A stretch of DNA of 64,000 nucleotides from positions 868,001 to 932,000 of the forward strand of contig OX597816.1 in NCBI GenBank assembly GCA_951406725.2, read 5' to 3'. Every line of letters begins with the position of its first letter. Position 1 is the first letter of the stretch. The notes below the pieces were generated by a model. That model had not been told where the DNA came from and ran no database searches. It saw nothing but the letters and a program-made list of their open reading frames with translations. This DNA is from Octopus vulgaris. Taxonomy: Eukaryota. Positions 1 through 12,420 of the stretch are shown in pieces. The translations under genes were made by a program, and so were the position numbers.

Positions 1-39
1 GCAGTTCGGAGCAGACATCGAAATCAGGAAGACACAGGC

Positions 40-510
40 ATGAGCAGCCTGTCACCAGCTAAAGAAGGTGTGGAACTCCAAACTGTCCGGCAAATGGAAA
101 TCATGCTGTTCAGTGTAACTGTTGAATCAATGCTGTTATATGGCAGGGAAATTACCAAATGGGCTGAATGGATGCCACAAAGGGCCCAAAATGGGAAATG
201 GCAGCAACATATGACAAATGAATGCCTTTACGGAGACCTGACAAGAGGTAGTGAGAAGATCAGACAAAGATGACCGCAACTACCTGGTCACTGTGTGCAC
301 CATCTTGAACTGGAAGCATCCAAATTAATCTTGTGGAACCCACTTCATGGTGATGTAAGAAGAGGAAAACATCGTCACACTTACATCAACAACTTGATTG
401 TAGATACTGGCCTGAAATATATCCAGGGCCTCGAGGCAGTGATGATGAACGAGGAAGTGTGGTGGGTGGACTTTGGTGCTGTGGCCTGGGTTGGAACCCG
501 GCCATAATAA
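40..510 (+). mobile_element. Degraded RTE-type LINE, 3' ORF fragment
   Basis: Frameshifted peptides LFSVTVESMLLYG and LILWNPLHG..RRG...TYI, typical of the RTE ORF C-terminus. Confidence 0.6.
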
Positions 511-604
511 TAACAATACAGGACTCTTGCAGGCCAACCCATTTCACCAGGGAATGTGACCCTAACACTTCTGCAGTGGAGGAAGAGTCTTCTGGAGTAA
601 AACG

Positions 605-1004
605 TCAAATATTTTGGTCCTTTGTCATCTCATCAAAAATGTTCAGCATTCTGAGGTTGTCCTTCAGTGCTTCATCCCATGTCTTCCTGGGTCTCCCTCT
701 TCCACAAATTCCATCCACTTTGAGAGAACAGCACTTCTGTAAGCAACTGATGACATCAATCTGCATCACATGACCAAACCAGCCCAATCTTTTCTCTTGC
801 ACACTGCATCCAATTCTTCTTATGCCCAACATCTCTCTCACTACACTAGCACTCTGTTGCACATGTACACTAACATTACACATCCAGCAGAGAATACTAG
901 ATTCATTCCTCTCTAGCCTTCGCATGTCTTCGGTATTCAGGGCCCACATCTCGCTACCATGTAGCATTGCAGTTCATACACAAACATCATACAATTTTCC
1001 TTTC

Positions 1005-1043
<39 letters not shown>

Positions 1044-1330
1044 AGAAAGACCTTTGGTTACTAACAGAGGTGAAAGCTCTCTGAATTTTCTCCATCCTAT
1101 TCTTATTCCAGGTATTACATTCTCCATACATCCTCCTTCACTACTAATTTGGTCCCCTAAAAAGCAGAAATTATCCACAACCTCTAAAGAGCCTCCCAGA
1201 GCATTTGAGAAAATCAATTTCTGTAATTTTTATGGCTCTTGTACAAATGAACACTACCTTCTATGATAACCTTACTATTATTCCACCGCACCTCTTGTGT
1301 GTCCATAGCTTTCACTGGGTATACCATCGA
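605..1330 (-). mobile_element. Degraded RTE LINE fragment, same family as 4099-5770
   Basis: MLHGSEMWALNTEDMRRLERNE, LGWFGHV, GRGRPRKTWDE and LEVVDNFCFLGD match the 4421 ORF; interrupted by (GA)n at about 1009-1039. Confidence 0.8.
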
Positions 1331-3768
1331 TATGGTTCCTTGTCCTTTTCTTCATGGGGTTCAGCTCCTTGAGGTTGATCTTGAACACTTCATCCTGTAA
1401 CTTCCTATGTTTCCCTTCTTTCATACATTCCATTAATATTAAGATGAAAATCGTAAACACCCATAGCAATAAACACACATGTCTTCTGTATATGCAAAGC
1501 AGACTTGCCTTGGAGGTTAGTTTTGAATTTAAACTTAGGTTACTGAGATGAGTTGATCAACAACTGAGCTCATGATTTGAATTCTATGAACAATATTTTC
1601 AGGCCCAGTGTTAAGTATAGATTGTAGCATTGTTAAGATAAATGCAATTGACGATAATTATAATTTCACATAACAACATATAAAATATGAATATTATATC
1701 TGAAAGCAATATTAATCAGAGTTTAAAAGAACCTGTTAGAAAGTAAAACAATTTAACCAAGCATTTTGAGTTATATCAGGTTAATAGACAATGCTCAGTC
1801 ATTGGAGATGTTTCATGAAGTAATAATGATAAAAATGTTTCCTAGTCAAATCTATCCTCACCAAATTCACACATTAAATTTGACAACCAGCCAATCGTAC
1901 AGAGAGTTGGCTGCTTGCACTGGTGAATTGTACTTTCCAATATGTTGGCCAGAAAGACGGCTATGTGCTAGCAGCAGTAAATAAATCACTAACTCTTGGT
2001 CGATAAAACTACACTCTAACAACTTGATCATCTCCAGTTCATTTTTTCATGCTTTATTTTCTTTTGACACTTGAATATGTTGCCTTTATTTATCTAATAA
2101 TGTAATCTAGACAAGTTCAAAGTCTGTAAACATATTGATGCCTAAAACCAAGTTCTCTGTGTGTTTGTGATTGTTATCAGCTTTGAAACGGCAAATGCCA
2201 GCATATGGATTCCGAAATGTAAGATATAAGTTAGATTCAGTAAAAATAATATCCGGTCAAGCTCTCTGTTATTTCTAGAAGAGGAGGAGGGGAAAGGAGA
2301 AGAGGAGGGGAGAGGGAAGGACGAGGAGGAAGGGGAGGATGAAAAAGAGAGGAGGAGGAGGATAATGACAATGATGACAGTGACAAGGATAATAGTGGTG
2401 ATGACGATGATGATGATGATGATAGTGATGATCTATTGTAAGAGTCGTTGGCTGTAAAACTCTGCTCTTTCCCAAACACAATGGCACAATGGCACATGGT
2501 GGCATACTAACGTCTCTGCAAATAGGTTTTTATTTGCGGATGGAGTTGTTTAACAATGTCCTGTTTTCCAGCTGAATCCAATAAAGACTAATTACACAGT
2601 AATTTTGATTATTGATTATATATAATTATTGATAAAGTGTGATTACATGTCATGCAGTCCAGCATCTTTGTAACATGTGTTTTACAATTCTATTTGCTAC
2701 AGACAACATTGCCATCAAACTCCATCAGACATTCATGAAAGGGTGAAATCATGGAGAATATCTGAAACATTAAAAAGCTAACATGCATTGGGGGGGGGGG
2801 AGTTATCCTTTGCTGGTTCTTCTAGCAAGTACGAGAGATCATTCCAGACATATTTCACCTTTATTGGTCATCCTAAGTGAAAATGGAGTCTCTCCATAAT
2901 TACAAGAGTCTGCAGAGGAAGTGTCTTTAAATAGGAAATATACGATTCCCATGACCTTTCGTGATAAAACTAATATATAACATCATGAAAGATAATAAAA
3001 GAAAAAAAAGATGATATAAAATAACAGGATGGGTTTCTTAGTGATCAAGAAATACTTAATTTAGTAATTAAATATATTTTGAGATTAACATTTTTACTCA
3101 TCTTAGGAAATGAAGTTAGCAACATTATATAATTGAGGGTCACAGGAAGTTTTAGTGTTAGAGCATAGCCCCACCCCCATCCACTCTCTCCCCAGCTCAC
3201 TGAGTGATATTCAGAGCAGATGAATTAACTTTCTAAATCTAATGTGGTTAATTACCCATGTCAAATTGTAAGTAGGTCGCTTCTGCAACCTTAAAAACAC
3301 ATTATATTGATGCATATTTACACAGATATGCACACATAAATCCATATTTCATGCAAAAAAATAGCTCAAGTCTTATGAGTGAGATATAAATCGACCTTCA
3401 CCCTTTAATTTTCAGATTGTGTGTGTCAGTGTATATGTGTATACATACATATATGTGCATGTGTGCGTATGTGTGTATATATATATATATATATGAGAGT
3501 ATTGTAGTTCGCTTGAAGCATAGTGTATTGTTTGTAAAGAATAAAAAAGTTTTGAATGGTACAACAATGCACTATAATACAGACAGTGGTCTACGTACCT
3601 GTTGTAATTTAGTCAAACATAGTCTGATATGATATTTCGCAATAAAATTCCTTCTTCAGATATTCTTAGCTGGAGTTGCTGCTATAATCGGTTTTCCAAC
3701 AGCTTTTCTTCTTTATTATTATTTTTTTCTGAAGCGTCTCAGCAGTGGTCTCATGAAGCTAAAAACCT

Positions 3769-4059
3769 GTGGAAATTAGCTGCCCAGCAGATGTTAACAT
3801 AAAGCTGAAGATCGGTGAAAAAGAGAACACCTATGCTGAACTATTGAAAAATCTGCAGTTACTCTATCCTGAATACAAGTTCAGGTTTATACCTGTAATT
3901 ATTGGAGCCCTGGGATATATAGCACGCTGCTTAAATACCTATCTTAAGAAATTAGGCTTCTCAAAACCAGGAAGGAGAAAGCTAGTTCAAAGTCTACAGA
4001 TCCAATCCATCAGTGGAACTGTAAAAATCTGTAAAACTTTCCAGAAGTTTATCATTTAA
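3769..4059 (+). mobile_element. R4/Dong-like (RLE) non-LTR retrotransposon C-terminal fragment
   Basis: VEISCP...KENTYAEL...FIPVIIGALG is the end of a restriction-like endonuclease domain; close homolog on the minus strand at 6873-7328. Confidence 0.7.
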
Positions 4060-4098
4060 ATAAATGATGATGATGATGGTATATATTTAAATATATAA

Positions 4099-5770
4099 GG
4101 GAGAAAGCCTTTGACAGGGTCTCCCGATCCCTTATCTGGTAGTCGATGCGGAAACTGGAGATTGACGAATGGCTAATAAGGGCTGTACAGGCCCTATACA
4201 GAGAGGCTGTCAGCAAGGTTAGGATTGGCAATGAATATAGTGAAGAATTCCGGGTAGAAGTAGGTGTACACCAAGGTTCAGCCCTCAGTCCCCTTTTATT
4301 CATCATAGTCCTCCAGGCAATAACAGAGGAATTCAAAACAGGTTGCCCCTGGGAGCTCCTCTATGCTGATGACCTGGTCTCATAGCAGAATCACTACCAG
4401 AACTAGAAAAGAAATTTCGGGTGTGGAAGCAAGGTTTAGAATCAAAGGGCCTTAGAGTAAATGTAGCAAAGACCAAAGTTATAGTAAGCAGAAAGGCGAA
4501 CTCAGCTCACACCCCCTCAGGCAGGTGGCCCTGCTCGATCTGTAGGAAAGGTGTACGTAGAAACTCCATAAGATGTACCCAGTGTAAGCTATGGACGCAT
4601 AAGAGGTGCAGCAACATCAAAGGGAAATTAACTGATAAGATAGCTTTCATGTGTGGCAGATGCACAGGGACAATAGACACCACAGATACTCAGAAGACAG
4701 ATTCCATCACACTCCAGGGGGAGAAACTAGAAGTAGTTGATAGTTTCCGCTACCTAGGTGACCAAGTTAGTAGTGGAGGTGGATGCTCAGAGAGTGTCAC
4801 CACTAGAATACGAATAGCCTGGGCAAAGTTTAGAAAGCTCCTACCCCTACTGGCGACAAAGGGTCTCTCGCTCAGAGTGAAAGGTAGATTGTATGATGCA
4901 CGTGTGCGAACTGCCATGCTTCACGGTAATGAAACATGGACTGTGACTGCAGAGGACATGCGTAGACTTGAAAGAAATGAAGCTAGCATGATCCGCTGGA
5001 TGTGTAATGTCAGTGTGCACTCACGACAGAGTGTAAGCACTCTGAGAGAAATGCTAGACATAAGAAGCATCAGATGCGGTGTGCAAGAGCGACGCTTGCG
5101 ATGGTATGGTCATGTACTGCGGATGGATGAGGAGAGATGTGTGAAGAAGTGCCGCTCCCAAATAGTTGAAGGTATCAGAGGGAGAGGTAGACTCAGGAAG
5201 ACATGGGATGAGGTAGTCAAGCATGACCTCAGAGCGTTGGGCCTCACAGAGGCAATGACGAAGGACCGAGATCTCTGGAGAACTGCTGTGACTGCAAAGA
5301 CCCGGGCTGCTTCCTGCACCAGCTCTGCATAGCCCCAGCCCATTCAAAGTACCTTGGATTTCAGAACAATCCGTTGTGCTTGAGGAGACCTATTGAGTCA
5401 AGTACATGAACATTGAAATAAATATCAATGGAAATAGTAGTTGTGATACCTGTGCTGGTGGCATATAAAAAGCACCATCCGAATGTGGCCGATGCCAGCG
5501 CTGCCTTGACTGGCTTCTGTGCCGGTGGCACGTTAAAAGCACCAACCGATCGTGACTGCTGCCAGACTCCCCTGGCACCTGTGCCGGTGGCACATAAAAA
5601 GCACCCACTACACTCACGGAGTGGTTGGCGTTAGGAAGGGCATCCAGCTGTAGAAACACTGCCAGATCAGACTGGAGCCTGGTGCAGCCTCCTGGCTTCC
5701 CAGACACCGGTCGAACCATCCAACCCGTGCTAGCGCGGAAAGTGAACGTTAAACGATGATGATGATGATA
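4099..5770 (+). mobile_element. 5'-truncated RTE LINE: RT, PHD-like finger, 3' UTR and (GAT)n tail
   Basis: EKAFDRV, GVHQGSALSPLLF, LLYADDL, a frameshift near 4380, then ORF 4421-5332 with FRYLG, RRLRWYGHV and GRGR.RKTW; UTR subrepeats end in aaacgatgatgatgat. Confidence 0.9.
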
Positions 5771-6035
5771 TGTAACTAATATGCATGAGAATACATACAA
5801 ATCTGCACATACATACATACATCTATATATAGAGAGAGAGAGACAGACAGACAAACAGACAGACAGATAGATAAATAGTTGTGTATGTATATATGCTCAT
5901 GAAGGTGAGAAAGACTTTTATGTTCCAAACCTAGGCTCTTCAACAGAAAGGAGCACGAGAAAATAAAAAAGACCTGGTGGTATATATACATGTATATATA
6001 CATACATACATGTACACACACGCACACACCGCCTC

Positions 6036-6293
6036 GTGGCCGTTGCCAGTACCGCCTCATGGCTGTTGCCAGTACCAGCTGACTGGCCCTTGTGCAGGTG
6101 GCACGTAAAAGCACCCACTACACTCTTGGAGTGGTTGGCATTAGGAAGGGCATCCAGCTGTAGAAACTGCCAGATCAAGATTGGAGCCTGGTGCAGCCAT
6201 CTGGTTCACCAGTCCTCAGTCAAATCATCCAACCCATGCTTGCATGGAAAGCAGACATTAAACGATGATGATGATGATGATGATGATGATGAT
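6036..6293 (+). repeat. Short copy of the RTE 3' tail ending in (GAT)n
   Basis: ggcacgtaaaagcacccactacactc...ttaggaagggcatccagctgtagaaac...aaacgatgatgat matches 5585-5770. Confidence 0.8.
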
Positions 6294-6347
6294 ATATATA
6301 TCTTTAAATTGTTTCAGCTTCAAAGCTGTGCTCAAAGATGTGGTCAT

Positions 6348-6535
6348 ATCATCATCATCGTTTAACGTCTGTTTTCCATGCCGGCATGGGTTGGACGGTT
6401 TGACTGAGGTCTGGAGAGCCAGCAGTTGCACCTGGCTCCACTCTGATCTGGCAATGTTTCTACAGCTGGATGCCCTTCCTCATGCCAACCACTCTGAGAG
6501 TATAGTGTGTGCTTGTTATGTACCTCTGGCACAGG
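6348..6535 (-). repeat. RTE 3'-tail copy, inverted
   Basis: Reverse complement of the same tail, starting at (atc)n-gtttaacgtc. Confidence 0.75.
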
Positions 6536-6571
6536 GGTCAGTCAGGCATATATATATATATGTGTGTGTGT

Positions 6572-6790
6572 GGAGGCACATGGCCTAGTGGTTAGAGCAG
6601 CAGACTCACAGTCGAAGGTAACGGCGAACTTCTGCTGACTCTTTCGCCACAACTTTCTCTCACTCTTTCCTCCTGCATCTTGCAGCTCACCTGCGACGGA
6701 CCGGCGTCCATCCAGTTGGGGAACCTATATGCCAAGGAAACCAGGAAACTGGCCCTTATTAGCCAGGCATGGCTCGAGAAGGAACAAACA
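6572..6790 (+). mobile_element. tRNA-derived SINE
   Basis: Head ggaggcacatggcctagtggttagagcagc contains an A-box (TGGCCTAGTGG); flanked by TA/CA microsatellites. Confidence 0.55.
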
Positions 6791-6811
6791 ATATATATAT
6801 ATATATATAGG

Positions 6812-6865
<54 letters not shown>

Positions 6866-6872
6866 TATTGGG

Positions 6873-7440
6873 TCATCTCTTTTCTGGTTTTGAGAAGCCA
6901 AATTTCTCAAGATTGGTATTTAGGCAGTGTGTTACATATCCCATGGCCCCAATAATTACAGGTATAAACCTGAACTTGTAATCTGGATTGAGTAACCGCA
7001 GATTTCTCAATAGTTCAGCATAGGTGTTCTCTTTTTCATTGATCTTCATCTTCATTTTAACATCCGCTGGGCTGCTAATTTCCACAACTGTACACAGTTT
7101 CTCTTCTCTATCCCAAATCCTAATATCAGGTCTGTTGTGCTTATATTTTATTGAGGTTTTCACTGGTACATTCCACCAGTATACTTTTTTCTTATGAGTG
7201 GCTATGTCTTCTACCATATTCTGGGTTCTTATTTCTTTGTCCTTAGGATTATCCTTCCGACGGATTTCATTATAGAGTGTCCTACCTACAACATTATGTC
7301 TCATCAGTAGATAATATTGTAATGACATTTTTGGACAACTGCTTATGGTATGGGTGATATCTTCAGTGTGAACTCCACAAAGTCTGCATCAATTGTCACA
7401 TTTTATGGCTTTTCCCTGCATCTCAATCCCTTTTGTGCAT
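6873..7440 (-). mobile_element. R4/Dong-like RLE fragment
   Basis: RHN...WWN...HNRPDIRIWD..KLCTVVEISSP...KENTYAEL...IPVIIGAMG, a PD-(D/E)xK-type endonuclease motif. Confidence 0.75.
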
Positions 7441-8093
7441 CAGGTCCTTGGTTGATATTTCCTGTTCCTATGTATGTATGTGTGTATATATATATGTATG
7501 TGTGTGTGTGTATGTATGTGTGCATCTATGTACGTATATGGTGTGACATAGTTTGCTTGAAACATTTTGCAGACAATGTAGGAAGCCAGTCAATTGTAGA
7601 AGGTGAGAGTAAAGCCAACAGAACATTAAATAGCAAAAATAATAGCAAAGAAAATATTGAAATGTTATCTCATAACTATTTAATTACTATCAGAACTCAT
7701 TAAATATTTCTAAGGCAACATTTCAATGGTCTTTGTCATTGCGTTTTGGATATTTAGTGTCGACCAACATGACTTCAACACACATGTGCACGCACATACA
7801 CACACACTCACACACATAATTTATGAATGTAGGAGACACACTCTCTCACTTTCTCTGAGTAGTACAAACTCAACCGAATGTGTGTTAGATTAAAGTCCTT
7901 GTACCTCAAGTATTGATAGCTGATTAAGCGATTAAAGTAGCTTATTGAAACCATTGAAGTGTCATTAATATTTTGCTAAACTCGTTGAAAAGGTCAAATC
8001 AATGGAAAAAAACAAAGAAAAGAAGGGAGATAACAACTCAACAATTTCCTGCCATTTCAGCTTTCACAATCTCCCTTTTCTGCAAATAATATA

Positions 8094-8146
<53 letters not shown>

Positions 8147-8269
8147 TAATGAAATTAAGAGTGCCACAACAAATCACAGCATATACCCAAGGCACACAGA
8201 GCTGTGCTCGGTAGGGCATTGAAAGCACATGATAAAAGTAAAACTACTAAATGATAATAATAATAATAA

Positions 8270-9540
8270 TAATCTCTATTCTGCATGTAATGATTTTAAA
8301 AAGACCTTTGATAGTATAGTGCATTCATGGATCTTGAAATCGTTGGATATCTTCAAAATTTCTCTTGTGATTTCAAATTTCCTGAGGCCCAACATGTCAG
8401 TGTGGAATACAAATCTCCAATTATACTCTAATAACCCTTACAAGTGAACTTAACAGAACAGGGTATGGATATAAAATTGGTGACAAGAAAATAAGTCATC
8501 TACTTTATATGAGCTTGAATGACTACTGAAAGCATTCAACGATGACATCCGGATTTAATTTGGTCTTGATAAATGTACCGAGGCAACTTTCCAGAAAAGG
8601 AAATTGAAGACTTCACATTCAGTGGTGTTGGATACTGACACAGTCATAAAAGAACTCGAGCAGAAACAAACTTACAAATGACTCAGAATAAATGAAGACT
8701 CTGGCATTCAGTATGCAAGCATGAAAGAGAGGATCTGGAAGGAATGTTACAAGAGAGTTCAAGCAGTCCTAAAATCCGAGTTAAACGCATGTAATAAATT
8801 CCTTAGCAGTTCCAGTTGTCATTGACAATTTCAATATGTTAAACTGGAATATTAGCAAAATAAGAAAGATTGACATGAAAATCTGTATTATTATTGTGTA
8901 AGTTTCTCTGCCCTAGGTGTCAGGAAGACACTCGGCAAGAAATGGAAGCAGAATTGAGAGAAGATGATGGTAATAAAATGCCATGATTCAATACCAGGCA
9001 GTGGCTCTCATGGCTTCTGATCTTAACTGATTGGAAGTGCTATCATGTATATTGTTTTGTCTTTGTATAAAAGACAGGCTACAGCAAATATTCTGCTCAA
9101 TACCACAGATTTGCTTGTCAGTTGCTTGACCTTAACCAGTTGAGCATGTCCCTTAGTGGCTGACGATATGTGCATCTCTGATCATGTGCAGAAGTAGTGG
9201 GGGAGCATCATAGCCATGTTTTGAGAGAATTTCTTTAAGGCTTGAATAATTTACCTCTGGAAACATGGATGTTTTGTTCAACATCTTTAAACAACCCTTA
9301 TTCAGGGACTTTTTTAGTGGGGTGGGCTATTCAACCTGAAGAAAATTCTAACTGGGCCCTACCTGCAAGGTCATGTGCTATTTATCATGTTATGAGATCG
9401 CCATATCGCACACATATGGTTGTGATGCATGTACCTGGTGTGCCCTTATCAGACAGGTAGTCATGATGGGTATACTAGGCTTCATATATTTTTACCCCAG
9501 TGTCACTTTGATGGCATGCACTGCTCTCTCACTCAATAAA

Positions 9541-9572
<32 letters not shown>

Positions 9573-12420
9573 GGAACAAGGGACTACACAATCAATTCCA
9601 TGTAACTACAACTGAAGTTGCTGGAGAACGTAAGTGGAACTGGTTGAAAAAAGGGACAATGAAAAAGGAGATTAAGAGCCCCATACTAGCAGCACAAGAT
9701 CAAGCTCTGCCCATAAATTGAAGGGTCAACCTTAGGGATGAGCAAGTGCAAAATCTGTAATAAAGTTAATGAAACCATTGCCCATATCATGAACAATTCC
9801 CCTTGACTTGCCCAAAACTGTTATAGACTGTGGTGACACAATGGGGTAGGGAAAGTGCTACATTGGAAACTATGTGGAAAGTAAGGGTCTAGAGAGAGGC
9901 AAGACATGGTATGAGCACAAGCGACAAAGACTGGCAGAGTTGGAAACCTGCAAAAATCCTGTGTGATTTCTTAATCCAAACAGATCAGGTGCTAGAGCAT
10001 AACAAATGAGATGTGGTAGTGAGGGACAAAGTGCACCGCATGTGTTATATGATTGATGTTGCTTGCCCCTTTGACCCACAAACACTCAAGAAGAAAGGTG
10101 AAAAAATAGACATATGCAATCCTCTTAACCCTTTAGCATTTACATTATTCTGCCAGATATGATGCTTATCCATTCAAATTGGAATGAATTAATCAGACAT
10201 TATCTCATAGTTTCAAGATTTTGATGATAAAATTGTTTATTTTTAGAGTAGTGACATTGTATGGGTGATGTGGGAGGCTGGATCAGGCAGGTTTGAACAT
10301 AAAACTGGTAGAATATGGAAATGGCCCGCTTAAATGCTAAAGGGTTAAATACAAGATAGCTTGACTGTGGAAAATGAAGAAGGTGAAGATAGTGCCAATT
10401 ATTGTTGGGTATTTGGGGACAGTGTCAGAAGGCATCAAGGGGAATATAAAGGAAATCGGAATAGAGTGCCCAGTAGAACTGTTACAAAAGGTTTGCCTCC
10501 TTGGCACGGCCAGAATTGTCAGGAAAGTATTAGATTAGCTGAAAAGAACAGATAGCATGGTACCATAGGTTGCAGGTAGCAAGCCTGCAATGTATGAAAA
10601 ACTCCAGGAGTTCCAACAAAACCTAAGTTAAAAGAATAATTATAAAGGTTTCAAGTTCTGATACTAAATCATCAATTTTAAGGAAGTCAGTTACAGTGAC
10701 TCCATTGCTCAACCGGTACTTATTCGATTGTTCACAGCCCTTAACTCATACTTATTTGATTGACCACAGTGCTCAACTGGTGCTTATTTCATTGACCCCA
10801 ATACTTAACAATACTTAACTGGTACTTATTAGAATCTGAGTGGTCTCCAACATATGGACATAAAGACCAGGAAACTGCTGACACTGAACAAGATGCACCA
10901 CCCAAAATCAGATGTTCACAGGCTCTGACTCTGACAAAGGGAAGGTGGCAGGGGATTAATCCAGCTTGAAATGTCCTATAAAATAATGACAATAGGACTC
11001 CAGGTGTGCATCCAAAGTGACGGCTACTGGATGATACAGCTGGTAAGGCAACACAGAGTAAGAAACTGCACTCAGTCTCAAAGGAGGCATATAAATAGAG
11101 ATGAGAGCTGAATCTCTCTGATTATGATGATAAGGAAGACATACCAGCCACTAAGGCTGCAAAAAAATTGTAAAACAAAAGGAACTATCAAGGGTGTGGA
11201 AGGAAAACCACTGCATGGACAATACCCCAAACGAGCTGGGGGAGCTGATGTAGATAGGAAAAGAAGCCATCAGTGGCTGCAGAGTGTTGGTTTGAAAGAC
11301 AAAACAGAAGGATTTATCCTAGCAGCACAAAATCAGTCTCCTCACTTGGAACTATCAAGCTAATGACACACAGACACGAATGAGGTAGACACGAAGTGTT
11401 GGCTCTACAATGACAAACTTGAGAGTATTGAGCACATTGTTGCTGGCTGCTCAGTCGTTGTCCCCACAGAATATAAAACCAAGCTGGTCAACACTTGCAC
11501 TGGAGTGTATGCCGTCACCGATATCTCACACCCTAAGAACTGATATGGACACCATCCAGAGCCAATCACTGAGGGAGCTAATGTTAATATCCTACGAGAG
11601 ACATACAGACAGGCAAATAAATACTAACAGACCAGACATTATCATCAAAAACCTAAGACTAGAAACATGTCCGTTAATTGAAATGACAGTACCTACTGAT
11701 AGAAACATCTTAGCAAAGGAATTTGAAATGTCTAAGACATGGTAATTAAAAACTATGACCATCTCTGTTATTGTAGATACCCTGGGAATGATCAGGAAAG
11801 GTACTGACAAATTTTTTTGAGCAGATTCCTTGGAAATCAACAATCTATGAGACTCTTCATTTAATATACACAATAATAGATGAGATTGAAACTGCATCAC
11901 TTAATCTCTGGATGTAAAGTTTAAGCACCATTACAGTATAAATCAAGACATGACAGAGTTGACCAACATCTACACTGGTTGATATGCTGGCATCAAATCT
12001 GTTGACTATTGGTATAAACACCACTCTGAGGTTGTAACTGAGGGAGAAAATGAAATGATTCTTTGGGACTTTCCAGTACATATAGACAGAACCATCAAAG
12101 CTGATAAACTGGATATTGTTGTGAAAAACCAAAACAGTAAAGTCAGTTTATTGATTGACATGAGTATTCCCTGTGATCATAATATCTCAGCAAAAGAATT
12201 TACAAACTCAGAAAATATAAACATTTGCTTATTGAAATTGAAAAATGTGATATCTGAAGGCAGTTACAATACTAGTGATTGTACGAACACTAAGAATATT
12301 TAAAATGGAGCTGAAAATTATTTGAGAATGACCCCTGGCTTATCATCCCTGCAAGAAGCGCAAAACATTGTTGTAACATCAAACATATTGAGAAGAGCAT
12401 TGTCACTGTGAGAATGATTA
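8270..12420 (+). mobile_element. Cluster of several degraded R4/Dong-like fragments
   Basis: DFKKTFDSIVHSWI (RT), KPLHGQY, TEGFILAAQ, NRPDIII, LWDFPVHIDRTIKADKLDIVV and LLIDMSIP; several restarts; (TAA)n tracts at about 8090-8150, 8255 and 9540-9570. Confidence 0.7.

Noticed and set aside
1865-1929. Hairpin aattcac...cagccaa/ttggctg...gtgaatt
   Set aside because: Large asymmetric internal loop and no miRNA, SECIS or snoRNA hallmarks.
2237-2505. His/Ser/Pro-rich ORFs and similar VC/IY-repeat ORFs across the track
   Set aside because: Translations of microsatellites.
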